From Laetmonice hystrix (lineage: Eukaryota), in NCBI GenBank assembly GCA_965235115.1, contig OZ249437.1, positions 27,466,001 to 27,530,000 on the forward strand: a stretch of 64,000 nt of DNA. The letters are read 5' to 3'. Positions 1 through 12,732 of the stretch are shown one piece after another. The position numbers and the translations under genes were made by a program. The notes beneath the pieces are model-generated. The model saw nothing but the letters and a program-made list of their open reading frames with translations, was not told the DNA's origin and did no database searches. Within the stretch, counting starts at the first letter, position 1. Each line of letters starts with the position of its first letter.

Positions 1-145
1 AATGCCATTAGTGATATTCTTCTTAGTGTAATCCAGCTCAGGACCATTCTCTCAAGATGGTCTACCGGTTTCCTCTGTATCGAATTATGTGGACAATGAA
101 AAATATACAAGTTTATATTATGTGGACAATGAAAAATATATATTA

Positions 146-697
146 GCCATGGTGAGAGATATGAGAGAGGGATAATAGAGATGACCAGAGAGGTAGGCCC
201 CTGTATGAGGCCCACGATGATGATGATGAAAGCCAGTTTTTCTTGGTGGAGGAAACCGGAGTACCCGGAGGAAACCACCGGTATTCGGAAAGGAACGGAC
301 TGAAAAAACCTTTCACACTGGCCGCGGATCGAACCCTGACCGCAGTGGTGTGAGGTGATGGTCCGAGGTGTCATGAACCAACACCTTAGACCACTCGGCC
401 ATCCGAGGCCCCCGGTCCCTGTGTGAGGTCCACGTGTAGGTCACATCAAGATAGGTTTGATGAGGCCATGGTGAGAGATATGGAAAAAGGATGATGGAGA
501 TGACCAGAGAGGTAGGCCCCTCTATGAGGTCCACGTGTAGGTCCCTGTATGAGTGAGGTCCACGTGTAGGTCACATCAAGATGGGTTTGATGAGGTCATG
601 GTGAGAGATATGGAAGAGGGCTGATGGAGATGACCAGTGAGGTAGGTCCCAGTATGAGGTCCACGTGTAGGTCACACCAAGATGGGTTTGATGAGGT
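146..697. repeat. Degenerate ~110-120 bp tandem repeat (about 3 copies), interrupted by the SINE
   Basis: The unit catggtgagagatatgga...gatgaccagagaggtaggcccc...gaggtccacgtgtaggtcacatcaagatgggtttgat recurs at about 146, 465 and 595. Confidence 0.75.
216..412 (-). mobile_element. tRNA-derived SINE with V/Meta-domain-like core and (CAT)n tail
   Basis: On the minus strand: A box TGGCCGAGTGG (401-391), B box GGTTCGATCC (335-326), core GGTTTCCTCCGGGTACTCCGGTTTCCTCC, and a 3' tail of CAT repeats (229-216). Confidence 0.85.
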
Positions 698-2063
698 CGC
701 TGAGTGAGGGCAGGCGCCGCCACTCATGATCCCATGTTTACCTCTATGGTATTTGATGGGGCAGTAGTCGGTCTGGAGAGATAGGCAGTTTTTATCTGTC
801 TTTGAGAACGTAGATCAAGCAGTTGTTTATCTCAGGCCACGTGTGCTGTAGAAGATCACCCGAGGACAAGGAGAGGGAAGAAGAGGGATGGCTTGAACAA
901 GTTCACGGGGATTTACAAGGCAGACACAGTCTCCTTAGTTGGTGCAAGGATCACGGAACAACAGCGAATGTTCCAACATGTCCAGAAGGTCATGAAGTGC
1001 GAGTCAAGGTGACCGATGAAATACGAACACTGCGCTTTATGGTTCTGTTTGTGACGCGGTGTAGAATAGATGTAGAAAATAACGCCATGTAAGGTCACGA
1101 TAGACGCTGTAAAGGTCAGTCTGTGAGACGTCGTCTTGGTGCTGAATGGCCACGGAAATCGAAACTCCTCCGGGCGCGAAATGGAAACACATTCCGACTG
1201 CCGGATGGGGATAGATGCAGGCAGATCGGCTAAAACCTTCGCCTTTGCTTACATTTTTTTTCGGCCTCATGTGATAGAATAGACAAAAAACATATTAGCG
1301 TATTTTTCGTCCTCATTTATATAGGTGTCATGGGTATAATCAGTGGCTTTTATTTCAGGCTGGTCTAACGTATGCCTTACGGTGTGTGCTATACGACTTA
1401 ATCTCTTTAGAATGCACGGCAGGCACTTACTCAAGTCGCCTCTACTCCTCAAAGCATACATCTTGGTGGCTAGCTTGTCGGGCTGGATTAAATTGCTTTC
1501 AGTCTGTGTGGGACATGACTGATGGGGCAAACAGTGGACCGGAGCAGGCGGGTATAGAGGCGCGCCGTAAGTTGGAGGCTGCAGTCAGCCATGGTTGTCA
1601 GGGATGGGAACGGCGTCAATCTGTGTTCATTGATATACGAGTAGGGTGCAAATCAGGAGGCGTTAGGACGCCGCGGGCAAATCACCTTGTCTGGTGCGTC
1701 GGCGTGTACAGCTGCAGGTGAAGGGGTCTATCACTTTTAGCACCTGTTATAGGATTCGCTGAGGTAGTTTGGTGGCCACCACTTGGTGAAGTGTGGTTGT
1801 GCAAAATGTAACCTGCCTGCAAAATATCTGAATATGGTAGTGTTTGCCCCTAGTCAGATCACGTTGTAACGTGTTCAGCTTCACCCAGTCAGTGCAAATT
1901 ACATGTTTTCCTAAGTTCGTGTGAGGGTGGTGGAAAATTTGGTTCTAGACAACATCTTAAAGAGGAGCTCACGTGACGTCACAGGCAGGACCCGGCGCCA
2001 TTGACTAGCCTTTGACGTCACGTCTAATGTGGTGATAGAAAGCCTGTATGATTGACGTCACAT

Positions 2064-2535
2064 GATGAAGTCTGCCAATAACACTGAACCTGGCGATAAA
2101 GTTTGCCATGGGTTGAACCAATAACACTGAACCTGGGATGAAGTCTGCCATGGGTTGAACCAATGACACTGAACCTGGGATAAAGTCTGCCATGGGTTGA
2201 ACCAATGACACTAAACCTGGGATGAAGTCTGCCATTGGTTGAACTAATGACACTAAACCTGGGATAAAGTCTGCCATCGGTTGAACTAATGACACTGAAC
2301 CTGGGATGAAGTCTGCATGGGTTGAACCAATGACACTGAACCTGGCGATAAAGTCTGCCATGGGTTGAACCAATGACACTGAACCTAGTGATGAAGTCTG
2401 TCATGGGTGCAATAACACTAAACCCGGTGATGAAGTCTGCCATGGGTTGAACCAATAACACTGAACCATGATGAAGTCTGCCATTGGTGCAATAACACTG
2501 AACCTGGTGATGAAGTATGCCATGGGCTGAACCCA
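2064..2535. repeat. 42-bp minisatellite, about 11 copies
   Basis: Unit gatgaagtctgccatgggttgaaccaatgacactgaacctgg. Explains the ORFs at 2005 and 2024. Confidence 0.95.
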
Positions 2536-2944
2536 AAACATTCGTGTCACAAGCAAATCGGGTCAGCAATGCCGAGAATAAGTCGGCGACACTTGACCAT
2601 GTTCCAAGCTTCACAAGAGCCTCGTCCAAGGGCTATTTGGGCTGGCAGGTGACGGGGCTGAGTCCGGGAACGGGCCATTACAATGTTATCGGCCTTGGGC
2701 CAGTGATGGCAGGAGATGAAAGGACACCCAGTCCATATCGTCCCCTGATGAAGTAAATATGGATCCAGCCTTCCGACTGATCCCATCGTCCTTGTAACTT
2801 GCCCAGTTACACCCCACTCCCCTCCATACACGTCCTCCAGCTCCTCAAGGTCATGTAGACGCGGTCAGGTCAATGTATGTCAACCTGTACATGTACCTGG
2901 AGCCGGCGTTGTCAGGGAAGGGGATCGTGGCGATAACAGGCGAA

Positions 2945-3357
2945 AATGGTGGAGTTAAGGTGGCCGTGTGGGCGGCAATGGTGGAGTTAAGGTGGCCTTG
3001 TGGGCAGCAATGATGGAGTTAAGGTGGCCGTGTGGGCGGGTGGAGGTGGTGTAGGACCTGAGGGTGGGGCGGCAATGATGGAGTTAAGGTGGCCGTGTGG
3101 GCGGCAATGGTGGAGTTAAGGTGGCCGTGTGGGCGGCAATGGTGGAGTTAAGGTGGCCGTGTGGGCGGCAATGGTGGAGTTAAGGTGGCCGTGTGGGCGG
3201 CAATGGTGGAGTAAAGGTGGCCGTGTGGGCGGGTGAAGGTAGTGTAGGACCTGAGGGTGGGGCGGCAATGATGGAGTTAAGGTGGCCGTGTGGGCGGCAA
3301 TGGTGGAGTTAAGGTGGGCGGGTGGGCGGGTGGAGGTGGTGTAGGACCTGAGGGTGG
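2945..3357. repeat. 32-bp G-rich minisatellite with an interspersed ~33-bp second unit
   Basis: Unit ggcggcaatggtggagttaaggtggccgtgtg; the variant ggcgggtggaggtggtgtaggacctgagggtgg occurs three times. Confidence 0.93.
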
Positions 3358-3390
3358 AGATAATGGGGTTCGGGGTGGGAGGCTGACTAT

Positions 3391-3557
3391 ACGGTACATC
3401 TGCTACATCACCCGTGATACCTTAAAACCCATGATATTTGGTCGAAAGTAAAGATCCATAGCCCTGACGTTATCCCTACCCCTCTCAAAAACATATTCCT
3501 ATCCAAATCCCAGACCTTAACCCAAACCCCTGCCCAAATATTTGGTGGGGAAGTTAC
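3391..3557 (+). mobile_element. Dispersed non-autonomous repeat (Helitron/Helentron-like, with ccctatcc/ccttaaccc motif), copy A
   Basis: Aligns by eye with the reverse complement of 9697-9873 (acggtacatctg...catagccctgac.ttatc...aaaaacatat.cctatcc...cccagaccttaaccc...gaagttac). The family assignment is inferred. Confidence 0.65.
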
Positions 3558-6300
3558 TGCCCTATTACAGACCCGTGGAAAGGGGTGGCCTACCTGGTGT
3601 GGTACCATTGATATGTTATTCTAACCAGGTGGATGGAGGACACATTTTTTCTTCGAGTCCCAGTTAGGACAAAGGAGAACAGTCCAGTAAGAATCTGTGT
3701 AAGCCACTCAGTTATACACTAATCAATGGTCAGTGCCCGACCGGTTGCTGAGCCACTGGTTGCTTACGTTTAGGAGTCCATTGGTAACCATCGGTGATAG
3801 TTGGTATGGTACACGGCTAATGGCGAATGTGGGAGTAATTTATTATTACCCAGTGTAATGTACCACCAGGGCATTATAGTATTCTGGGTCACTGCCCTAC
3901 TGGTTCAATAACCCTGTAACCCCAGGGCTTCCAACGTGTCATCCGGGTATTATCTGGTATAGAGATTGATCAATAATAAAGTCTCATTTAAATAACAATG
4001 CTTTATAATCTTGGCTGTGACAATTAATCATGATTAGAGAGTGTGATCGTTTTAGCGTCATTAGTACCTGGCACATTTTGTTAAATATGAGCTGCCTTTT
4101 ACCATGGATCAGCCGTAGAGCCCCAGCATAGAACATGGATACATGGAGGACAGGGAAGCCCGTTCAGAGTTTAGTCCATCAGTGATTTGACATCATTTTA
4201 CAGAACATTATAGGCCACAGTTGGTTGTAGAACGTCACCACTGTGGCCGAGGAGACAATCAGTGCTCCGCCGCGGCCCATTGTCGTACTAAATGGGGTCG
4301 TGTTGCGCACAGCACTCAACCCACTTTGTGTGTGGTCACTGGGTGCCGTGTTTTATCGTATACTGCCCCTCATCCACGGTCTGTGCTGGAGTAACCAAAG
4401 ACAAGGGCACGGTTCGGCGGTGTGGAGGACAAGAAGGAAGGAGAACGGAAGGAGGAGGAGTAAAAGGAGGTCGGGTTGAAGTAGAAGGTCCAGAGTCTCA
4501 GGCAAGTCAAGTTGAGATACGACGAGGCAGTTACACAAATCGGAGCGCATTTCAGCGGGGTGGTACAGTAGAGGGTGTTTAGAAGACGTGGCTGAGTGCA
4601 TGTTGAGGGGTAATTTGTGTGGGCAAGACGGCAATAAGATGCCCGAGGACCAGTGAGGTATGAGGCCAGCCGTGCTGGGGGCACCAGTGTCCAGGCATTG
4701 TACGCCACTGTCGGGGGCCGGGTCTGGTGGCTATTGAAGGCTCATTCCCATGGCAGACCTGATGCTGGTGGCAGCAGTTTGCTCCATCGTCCCAGATTAT
4801 ATCTCGCCATACATCATCCTCATCATTGAAGGCAGGCTGTTAGATGGATCAAAGGCTCCCAACAACCTGGTTCAGCATCAGCCTCCCGGGTCCAGCCATG
4901 GTGGTATGTACCCGACACTCTTCACAATCTTATCTAAGGGTAATAGCATTTACCCCTTGTATGGTTATGTAGTATGGATTCTACTTGGCCTTGAGCAGAC
5001 ATACCATTACGTAAAGGCAAATCGGGTAAGGATTTTTTTCAGGAACCACAGCTGAAAAACGCGGCTCTGGCCAGTGTTTGGCAATCTTCATCACTCCCGT
5101 ATATTACAGGCACCCCCGGCTTCAGGCTTCTTTCTCGAAAACAACTTTCTCTGCCCTTATTTTATTACCGGGATATAATGAAAAACGCCATGAGAGGTAT
5201 ATATTATTAGGAATTTATGACCCTCCCGACCCTCCCGACCCACCCGCCTTCGCACACTCGGTAAAGGTCAACGTGTCCCTTGGCAAGTTTCAGAAAGTTG
5301 TGTTGGACAGCTGTACGCAGGTCTCAGGAAACTACATTGTAGTTTCATTCGGTTTTGATTACATCAATAGCGTGTGTCACAGGAGTGCTAAATTACTTCA
5401 CAAACTACCAATCAAAACTGTGAAAGTAATTATCGACAAAGCCCATGTTATTGCAGTATAAAGTCTCAGAATATACCTGGTTTTAATGGATAAATGACGT
5501 GGAAAAATTATAATTAAAATCCATAAATTAAAGAGAGAAAAAAACGCTGTCAGTGGATCATTATATTTGTGGCGCAGTGGAACATTATTTTTATGGCGAA
5601 TGGAAGTTGTGCCTGGATACGTGGCTGCAGAACGGGTGTGGATCGGGGTGCGTGTGTGGCGATTGGGATGTGACCTTGGTCATAGCTTCTTGAAGGTCAT
5701 CGCGATCTGAGGATATCACATCGACGTCAGAGGCAGGCCACCCGAGGCGCGCCAACCAACGCAGCCGTCCGTTCGTTGGCGTCACCAAAGTAATTGAACT
5801 TGGTGGCCAGGAATAATGGGGTAATATTAAATAAAGCAGTATTACTAAGTTAAATATAATGATGTTGATTCAAGCCAAATTACTCGTACAAATGGTAACT
5901 CCGAAATTCACTTTCTAAGATAGCAGAGTTTTTGGAGTAACGTATTAGTGTCTGAGGAAGTTGCGCAGGCTGACGTTAATTAGGTTGAAGTACGTTCGTG
6001 CCTGTTGCCGCACGGAGACCGGGCCTCGTCGCATGACGTTTCGTTAGCTCTCGGTCGGTGGTATGCCAGGGTATTTAGACTGGGAATTGTTACGGATGAG
6101 AGCTTAGGGAAGTCATGCAGCAGTACTGGGTGCATATTGTGTTGGCAAGGACTGAGATAGAGAGGGTAATTAGCTGAGTCAGCAGAATCGGTGAGGATTA
6201 AACGTGAACATTCACGAATGATGAGATTCGAGAAGACATACCATACGAAAACGATATCTGTATCGGGTGTCATATTGGGGGACAGATGGGACAGATTAGA

Positions 6301-7314
6301 CAGATGAGAGGACAGCGGACGGCATGCAGACCGTATGGGACAGATGGGAGGACAGAAGACGGCATGCAGACCTTATGGGACAGACGGGAGGACATAGGAC
6401 GGCATGCAGACCGTATGGGACAGATGAGAGGACAGAGGACGGCATGCAGACCGTATGGGACAGATGAGAGGACAGAGGACGGCATGCAGACCGTATGGGA
6501 TAGATGAGAGGACAGAGGACAGCATGCAGACCGTATGGGACAGATGAGAGGACAGAGGACGGCATGCAGACCGTATGGGATAGATGAGAGGACAGAGGAC
6601 AGCATGCAGACCGTATGGGACAGATGAGAGGACAGATGACGGCATGCAGACCATATGGGACAGATGAGAGGACAGAGGACGGCATGCAGACCGTATGGGA
6701 CAGATGAGAGGACAGAGGACGGCATGCAGACCGTATGGGACAGATGAGAGGACAGAGGACGGCATGCAGACCGTATGGGATAGATGAGAGGACAGAGGAC
6801 AGCATGCAGACCGTATGGGACAGATGAGAGGACAGAGGACGGCATGCAGACCGTATGGGATAGATGAGAGGACAGAGGACAGCATGCAGACCGTATGGGA
6901 CAGATGAGAGGACAGAAGACAGCATGCAGACCGTATGGGACAGATGAGAGGACAGAGGACGGCATGCAGACCGTATGGGAAAGATGAGAGGACAGAAGAC
7001 GGCATGCAGACCGTATGGGACAGATGGGAGGACAGAAGACGGCATGCAGACCGTATGGGAAAGATGAGAGGACAGAAGACAGCATGCAGACCGTATGGGA
7101 CAGATGAGAGGACAGAGGACGGCATGCAGACCGTATGGGAAAGATGAGAGGACAGAAGACAGCATGCAGACCGTATGGGACAGATGAGAGGACAGAGGAC
7201 GGCATGCAGACCGTATGGGAAAGATGAGAGGACAGAAGACAGCATGCAGACCGTATGGGACAGATGAGAGGACAGATGACGGCATGCAGACCATATGGGA
7301 CAGATGAGAGGACA
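6301..7314. repeat. 40-bp minisatellite, about 25 copies
   Basis: Unit cagatgagaggacagaggacggcatgcagaccgtatggga. Source of the 290-369 aa minus-strand ORFs. Confidence 0.97.
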
Positions 7315-9696
7315 TCATGCCGTATGGCCGCCTGGCTGCCGCTGGTTTGCCGCTGTATATGTGGACTGCAAGATGACAACAGTTACTCCAAGGCGTCCTC
7401 CGTACCCGAAGGCAGGAGACCCAGCGGATGCCACTGGAAGCCGCCTACCGTTGTGTATTTGGCCCAGATTCAGGGGCATCAATTAGTTCACACGGTGTGT
7501 TCCGAGGCTATTTATCGAACCAATTTACACAGGCCACTGATCAGTGGGCTGTCGGCTATTGAAGTGAGACGGGGGTTCTCAACAATTAGCCGGCCCTCAC
7601 ACCGACTACATCCTGGAACGTACACGGTGTATTTTTAGCGTGGGGTGGTGTAAAATAGAGGTGTCACCCAGGGAGGTTGATATAGTGTGGGGTTAAATGG
7701 AGGGGGGGCAACCTTTCTCAAAATATCTTATTGCATTATTGCATATTTTCGAACAAACGGGGTGGACCCTGCCCCGAATACGGACAGTCTGCTGCAATTC
7801 TTCTTGAATAAGTAGTATACAGAAAGTGCACTTTGAATCAGGCACGGGGAATGAATTTGTTGTTGCTTGACGATATCACAACCGAGATATCCAATGGGAG
7901 ACGAAGGAAAGATGATGCACCATGGATTGCCATGGATCAGTAGTGTTATTAAAGAGTTATCAATGCCGACCTATCCAGTAGGGTGGTGGAGTTTGGTGTA
8001 TACGGTGCGGTGTTATGGCTCCCTGCTACGGATTTATACAGAGTGGTACAAACACACAATCCTATCGCCAGATTGTACAGTGAATTCCCTGGCTGCGTTC
8101 AGATAAATAGGCAGGAAAATGTCGTTTTACTGATTAGGGTGTTAATTTCGGGTCCACTGTGATATTGACCTCAGCTGTTGGCCTACTGGCCACCACAGGC
8201 ATGACAATATAAACGTACGAGTGTCGTCATTAAGGTGGCGAGGGCTGAGCGGATGAAGTGAGAGCCTCATTACGAGAAGAGAGTGAGATCGGCGGATGTT
8301 ACAGGTTATATTTCGGTCCAGAAACACCAGGTGGCGTCCAGATGAGGTGTATGTGTAAGGCACTAACTTCAAACATGTAGGAAAGGCACCACATATTTTT
8401 AATGAGAGGATACAGGACAAGGTTTTATAGAGAAGCTTACGTACTACCTTCGTCTACTTAATGACGAGGAGGTAGGAGTCCATCACCTAGGCGTTTCTTA
8501 CCCTCATCTAATCTCAATCAAATTTCACACGGTGAGTTCGTTTAATTTTCACTGTGAGAAGAGTGACACCCTTATATGACGTGCAAAGCCACGCTGTGAC
8601 GTGACAGTGTGTATCGGATGGCGATGATACGTCAGACGTGCAGACATCAGCTACACATTGTAGTCTCCGCTTCAGGGAAATCACGTCTGAGCTTCTGAAA
8701 AAGGTTGAATTGTTTTGGTGAATAAATCTCAAGGATGCATGTCACTGGCACGTCACACGGTATGGTCGTTTCCACTGCTATTGTTCCCCATGGGACAGTA
8801 GGAGGGGGTGATACGTCACTCTCGAAGTAAACACGTGACACAGAATGGAATCTATTTCTCAGTGTCGCTTGTAGTTGTCAACAGGGTGTGAAACATCGAG
8901 TCTTACACTGTGGGGTTGTCACGCAGTGATGGCCCCCAGGTGGGGATGACGGAGTCGAAGATGGGCCTCCCCGCCCCCCCTCCCGTCTGTCCCGGCTCAG
9001 TGTACCGTGCAGTTCTCGCACCTGCACCGGCGGCACGGGCCTGCACCTGCACCGGCGGCACCTGCACCGGCGTGTAGCTGTCGCCGGATCCACCGGTACA
9101 TTGACAGGGGCGTCTGTGTCGGCTCCTTGTGACGTATGGCCGGCCAATCAGCGCTCACTATGTAATCACGTGATGATGTATGGCCGCCCGCAAAATCCAC
9201 CAATCAAAACGGACCCCTGCATGGTACGTTAGCGCCTCCCAAATCCCCTTGTTTTCTCACTCTCAGCTGGAGATTTAGGACCCTCTCGTATTGGCATCTG
9301 AGCCATTTGAGAATCAGAGCGACTGGGTAGGTTTTAGTGCGACGTGGGATTAGTTATTAGTTCTACGCCCTGTCCGAAATGGTTAGTTTTCAACGCAATG
9401 ATGCATTCTTTATACGTTGTCCGTTGATGAAGGGAGCTTCTGTTTACTTTGATCCTGGAAGATTAAAAAAAAAACAATTCCTTATTGCTTGGGTTCATAC
9501 AATACGCCTTCTAAAAGCTCGAGCAGGTGTAAAATGCATGCGATAGACTACCGGTTGCAAACTGAAAAATTGCATTAGACTTTAGTCTCTGGTAAATCTT
9601 CAGGTTTGCGGTTCAGTGTATTGGATATACTTTGGATTGGCTACATTTTGTAGACTACAGAATGGGCCTTCTGGTAGTGTGGGTTATCCCCCCATG

Positions 9697-9873
9697 GTAA
9701 CTTCTACACAAAATATCTGGATAGGGGTTCGGGTTAAGGTCTGGGTTAGGGATAGGGATATGTTTTTAGAAGGTGTAGGGACCAGGATTAGGAGTTAGTG
9801 AGATAAGGTCAGGGCTATGAATCGTTATTTCCGACCAGATTTTGTGGGGTTTAAGTCACCACAGATGTACCGT
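9697..9873 (-). mobile_element. Copy B of the 3391-3557 dispersed repeat, inverted orientation
   Basis: Homologous to copy A at roughly 75-85% identity by eye, with a ~20-bp insertion. Confidence 0.65.
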
Positions 9874-11444
9874 GGTGTAATGTTTTGTAGGGTGCCTGAC
9901 TTGGCAGGCAGACCCAGCCATGACATTAACACACTGCCCTTGGGGTGAGAGGCCTTCACGTCAGAGCCCCACTGGGAGGTGGGGTGATTACAAGATGTCG
10001 CATTGATGCCCTCCAGGGAGTGATATTTCTATCCGCCTTCTAATAGATCTCCTGCGGGCCATTGACATGACCTAGAACTGTCAGATCTGGCAGGAAGGTC
10101 ACATCGAACAAGACCGGATTTCATAACCGTCACCTTGTGTATACATGTTAGGTTTAAGGGAATAAAGGCCTAAATGACGTGATCAATAGGTTGGATCCCA
10201 TATGACCGTCACGGGGATTGTGTGGATATTGCCATCTTTAGATTCATTCGGTCACGTGGTCAAAAAGAGCCACCAGTATTACCGTCCGCCTAGCGGATTC
10301 TAGCTGAACTACGGCCAGACCCTCAGTTGTCACGTTTCACGTTGAAGACCTGAGACCTTCAGCAGCGAAGCTAATGCCGTCAATAAGTAGCAAAACAACG
10401 ATATTTCCCTTAATCTATACCTCGGCCTCGGCGTATATTTGGGTCAACGTAATTTGTCCAGGGTTGGAAAGCTTGTAACTGGTGCCCCATACATTAACTG
10501 AATTACTTTGTGCTCACTGGAAGTTTCTATAAATAGACTGCTTAGGTAAACTTATATCAGTAGCTATATTATATAAAGCTATAGCTGTGTAATTGCAATT
10601 GCCAGCTAGAAGAGGCAATCAAACTGTGTATGCAGAAAACATGCGCAATGTGTCAGGTCGACGCCACAGTGGTAGCAGACAACGAGTTGATGCCAAAACC
10701 GCTATAAATGCACGAGATACAAGACATTAAAAAAAATAAAAATAAAATGTGTGTCTTCTTTAAAACGTCTTTAGATGTAGTAACAATTAAATTAACTAAT
10801 CCCCTGTGGGTTTTTTTCGTTTTTAATAGGGACTTTTTTGATTTACAGTATGCTGAAGTCAGATTTGTAGACAGGCAGCTAAACGATTTATAAATTGGTG
10901 GTGGCCATGTTGGTAATTCATTATTGCCTCAGCTGAGATCATTATATGATCATGTGTAAGCGCCGTAATTAATAAGTTGGATAACATCTCGTGTTTCTCG
11001 TGGTAGAGAAGCCACCTAGAGTTCAGCGGTCACGGCGTCGGTGTCCTGGGAATCAAGGACGCGGGTTCATGAAACTGTTATATATGTATAATATGGCCGC
11101 TTATATTTGGTTTGACGGGCATTTGGCGGAATTATGTGCAAGGCAATTTAGAAAGGAATATTTAGTTGACCTGATACTCCGTTACACAATGTCAATGGTC
11201 GAATTAATCATCACATAAACAATGGGCACAGCCGTGTAGGTTAAATCTGGTTCATCTCTCATTTAGAGTGGACTCTCTCCTCCTAAATGTGTAATATTCC
11301 AAACGGAAAGAGCAAGAATTGAAAGAGTATTATTAATGTGATTTCCTGTTATTAATGTGATTTCCTGAGTAGCACGCCCTATAACGTTCAACCGGGCCTC
11401 AGTCAGTGTCATTATGAGGGTTCACCTGTCTCACAGTATAATGT

Positions 11445-12015
11445 TGTCACTGATTGAACCGTGGCAGACTTAGCTCCCGGCCTTGGTCCCCCGGCCCTGT
11501 CGGCCGTCACTCTCCCTCTCAAACGCTGTCATTAATTGAACTGTGGCAGACTTAACTCCTGGGTTTGGTCCCCCGGCCCTGTCGGCCGTCACTCTCCCTC
11601 TCAACCGCTGTCACTGATTGAACCGTGGCAGACTTAGCTCCCGGGTTTGGTCCCCCGGCCCAGTCGGCCGTCACTCTCCCTCTCAACCGCTGTCACTGAT
11701 TGAACCGTGGCAGACTTAGCTCCCGGCCTTGGTCCCCCGGCCCTGTCGGCCGTCACTCTCCCTCTCAAACGCTGTCATTAATTGAACTGTGGCAGACTTA
11801 ACTCCCGGGTTTGGTCCCCCGGCCCAGTCGGCCGTCACTCTCCCTCTCAACCGCTGTCACTGATTGAACCGTGGCAGACTTAGCTCTCGGGTTTGGTCCC
11901 CCGGCCCTGTCGGCCGTCACTCTCCCTCTCAAACGCTGTCACTGATTGAACCGTGGCAGACTTAACTCTCGGGTTTGTTCCCTCCACCCTGCCGACCGTC
12001 ACTCTCCCTCTCACT
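11445..12015. repeat. 82-bp minisatellite, 7 copies
   Basis: Unit tgtcactgattgaaccgtggcagacttagctcccgggtttggtcccccggccctgtcggccgtcactctccctctcaaccgc; starts at 11445, 11527, 11609 and so on. Confidence 0.96.
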
Positions 12016-12732
12016 CTAAGTTGTCACTCTAAGGTAAAGTTGATTAAACCAATACTGCTAGTCCCCTGCGGCGGACAAGTCAGCCACTACTACCACTTCG
12101 CCTTCAAGCTCTGCTATATGTATGTTGTAAATAGAAAATAAAAAAGAAAAGGAAGGAACCTATATAATCATTTATGAGAAAGCCGACTTGCCTGGAGGCG
12201 GTTTAAACTGTTAGCCACATTAAACAGGCGTGTAGTGTTGGTGAATGGGCGAGTACCGATTCGACTTCTTCTACTGAATACATAATGAAATTACGACAGT
12301 CAGCATTAGTTTACGGGTGGGGCGTAGACAATGATAGATGCGCTCACCTTACGTCGATATTTAAACTGGGTCATAGGAGTGTTTCGCATGCAAATTGGCT
12401 GATTACCATAGAAATGATGCAGTAGGGTCATGGCGATGTGGGGCAGGCATAAAAGAAAACCTTGCAGTATTCATGGGGGGAAAGCTCTAAACGTCAGGTA
12501 ATAAAAATGGTATGAAGGGTGCGAGCACTTCAGACCACAGAGGTAGATTATATGCCAGCGGGTGGCAGAACCATTCTGTGGAGAATGAATAAATAGCCCA
12601 ATTCAAGTTGCTAGATAGCACAATGCTGTCACCTCACACAAATATTACAATAGAGCCGTAAAAGTCAATGTGAGATGTAAGTAATATAGTAGATGGGGAC
12701 GGAAGATTTAACCTCTCGCAGCAAGACAGTCA

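Noticed and set aside
313-412. tRNA gene
   Set aside because: A and B boxes are present, but the spacing is long, there is no clean cloverleaf, and it continues into a SINE core and tail. Called as a SINE.
3854-3996. Solo LTR (TG...aataaa...CA)
   Set aside because: Very short, with no matching TSD, PBS, PPT or second copy.
6270-7379. Long Cys/Ser/Pro-rich minus-strand ORFs (290-369 aa)
   Set aside because: They are translations of a 40-bp minisatellite that has no stop on the minus strand; all three frames are open and cycle through the same text.
9267-9326. 60-nt phase 2-2 exon candidate (ctctcag|...|gtaggt)
   Set aside because: Its only open frame (WRFRTLSYWHLSHLRIRAT) is not PDZ-like and would interrupt the PDZ1 fold. 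Likely chance or non-coding.
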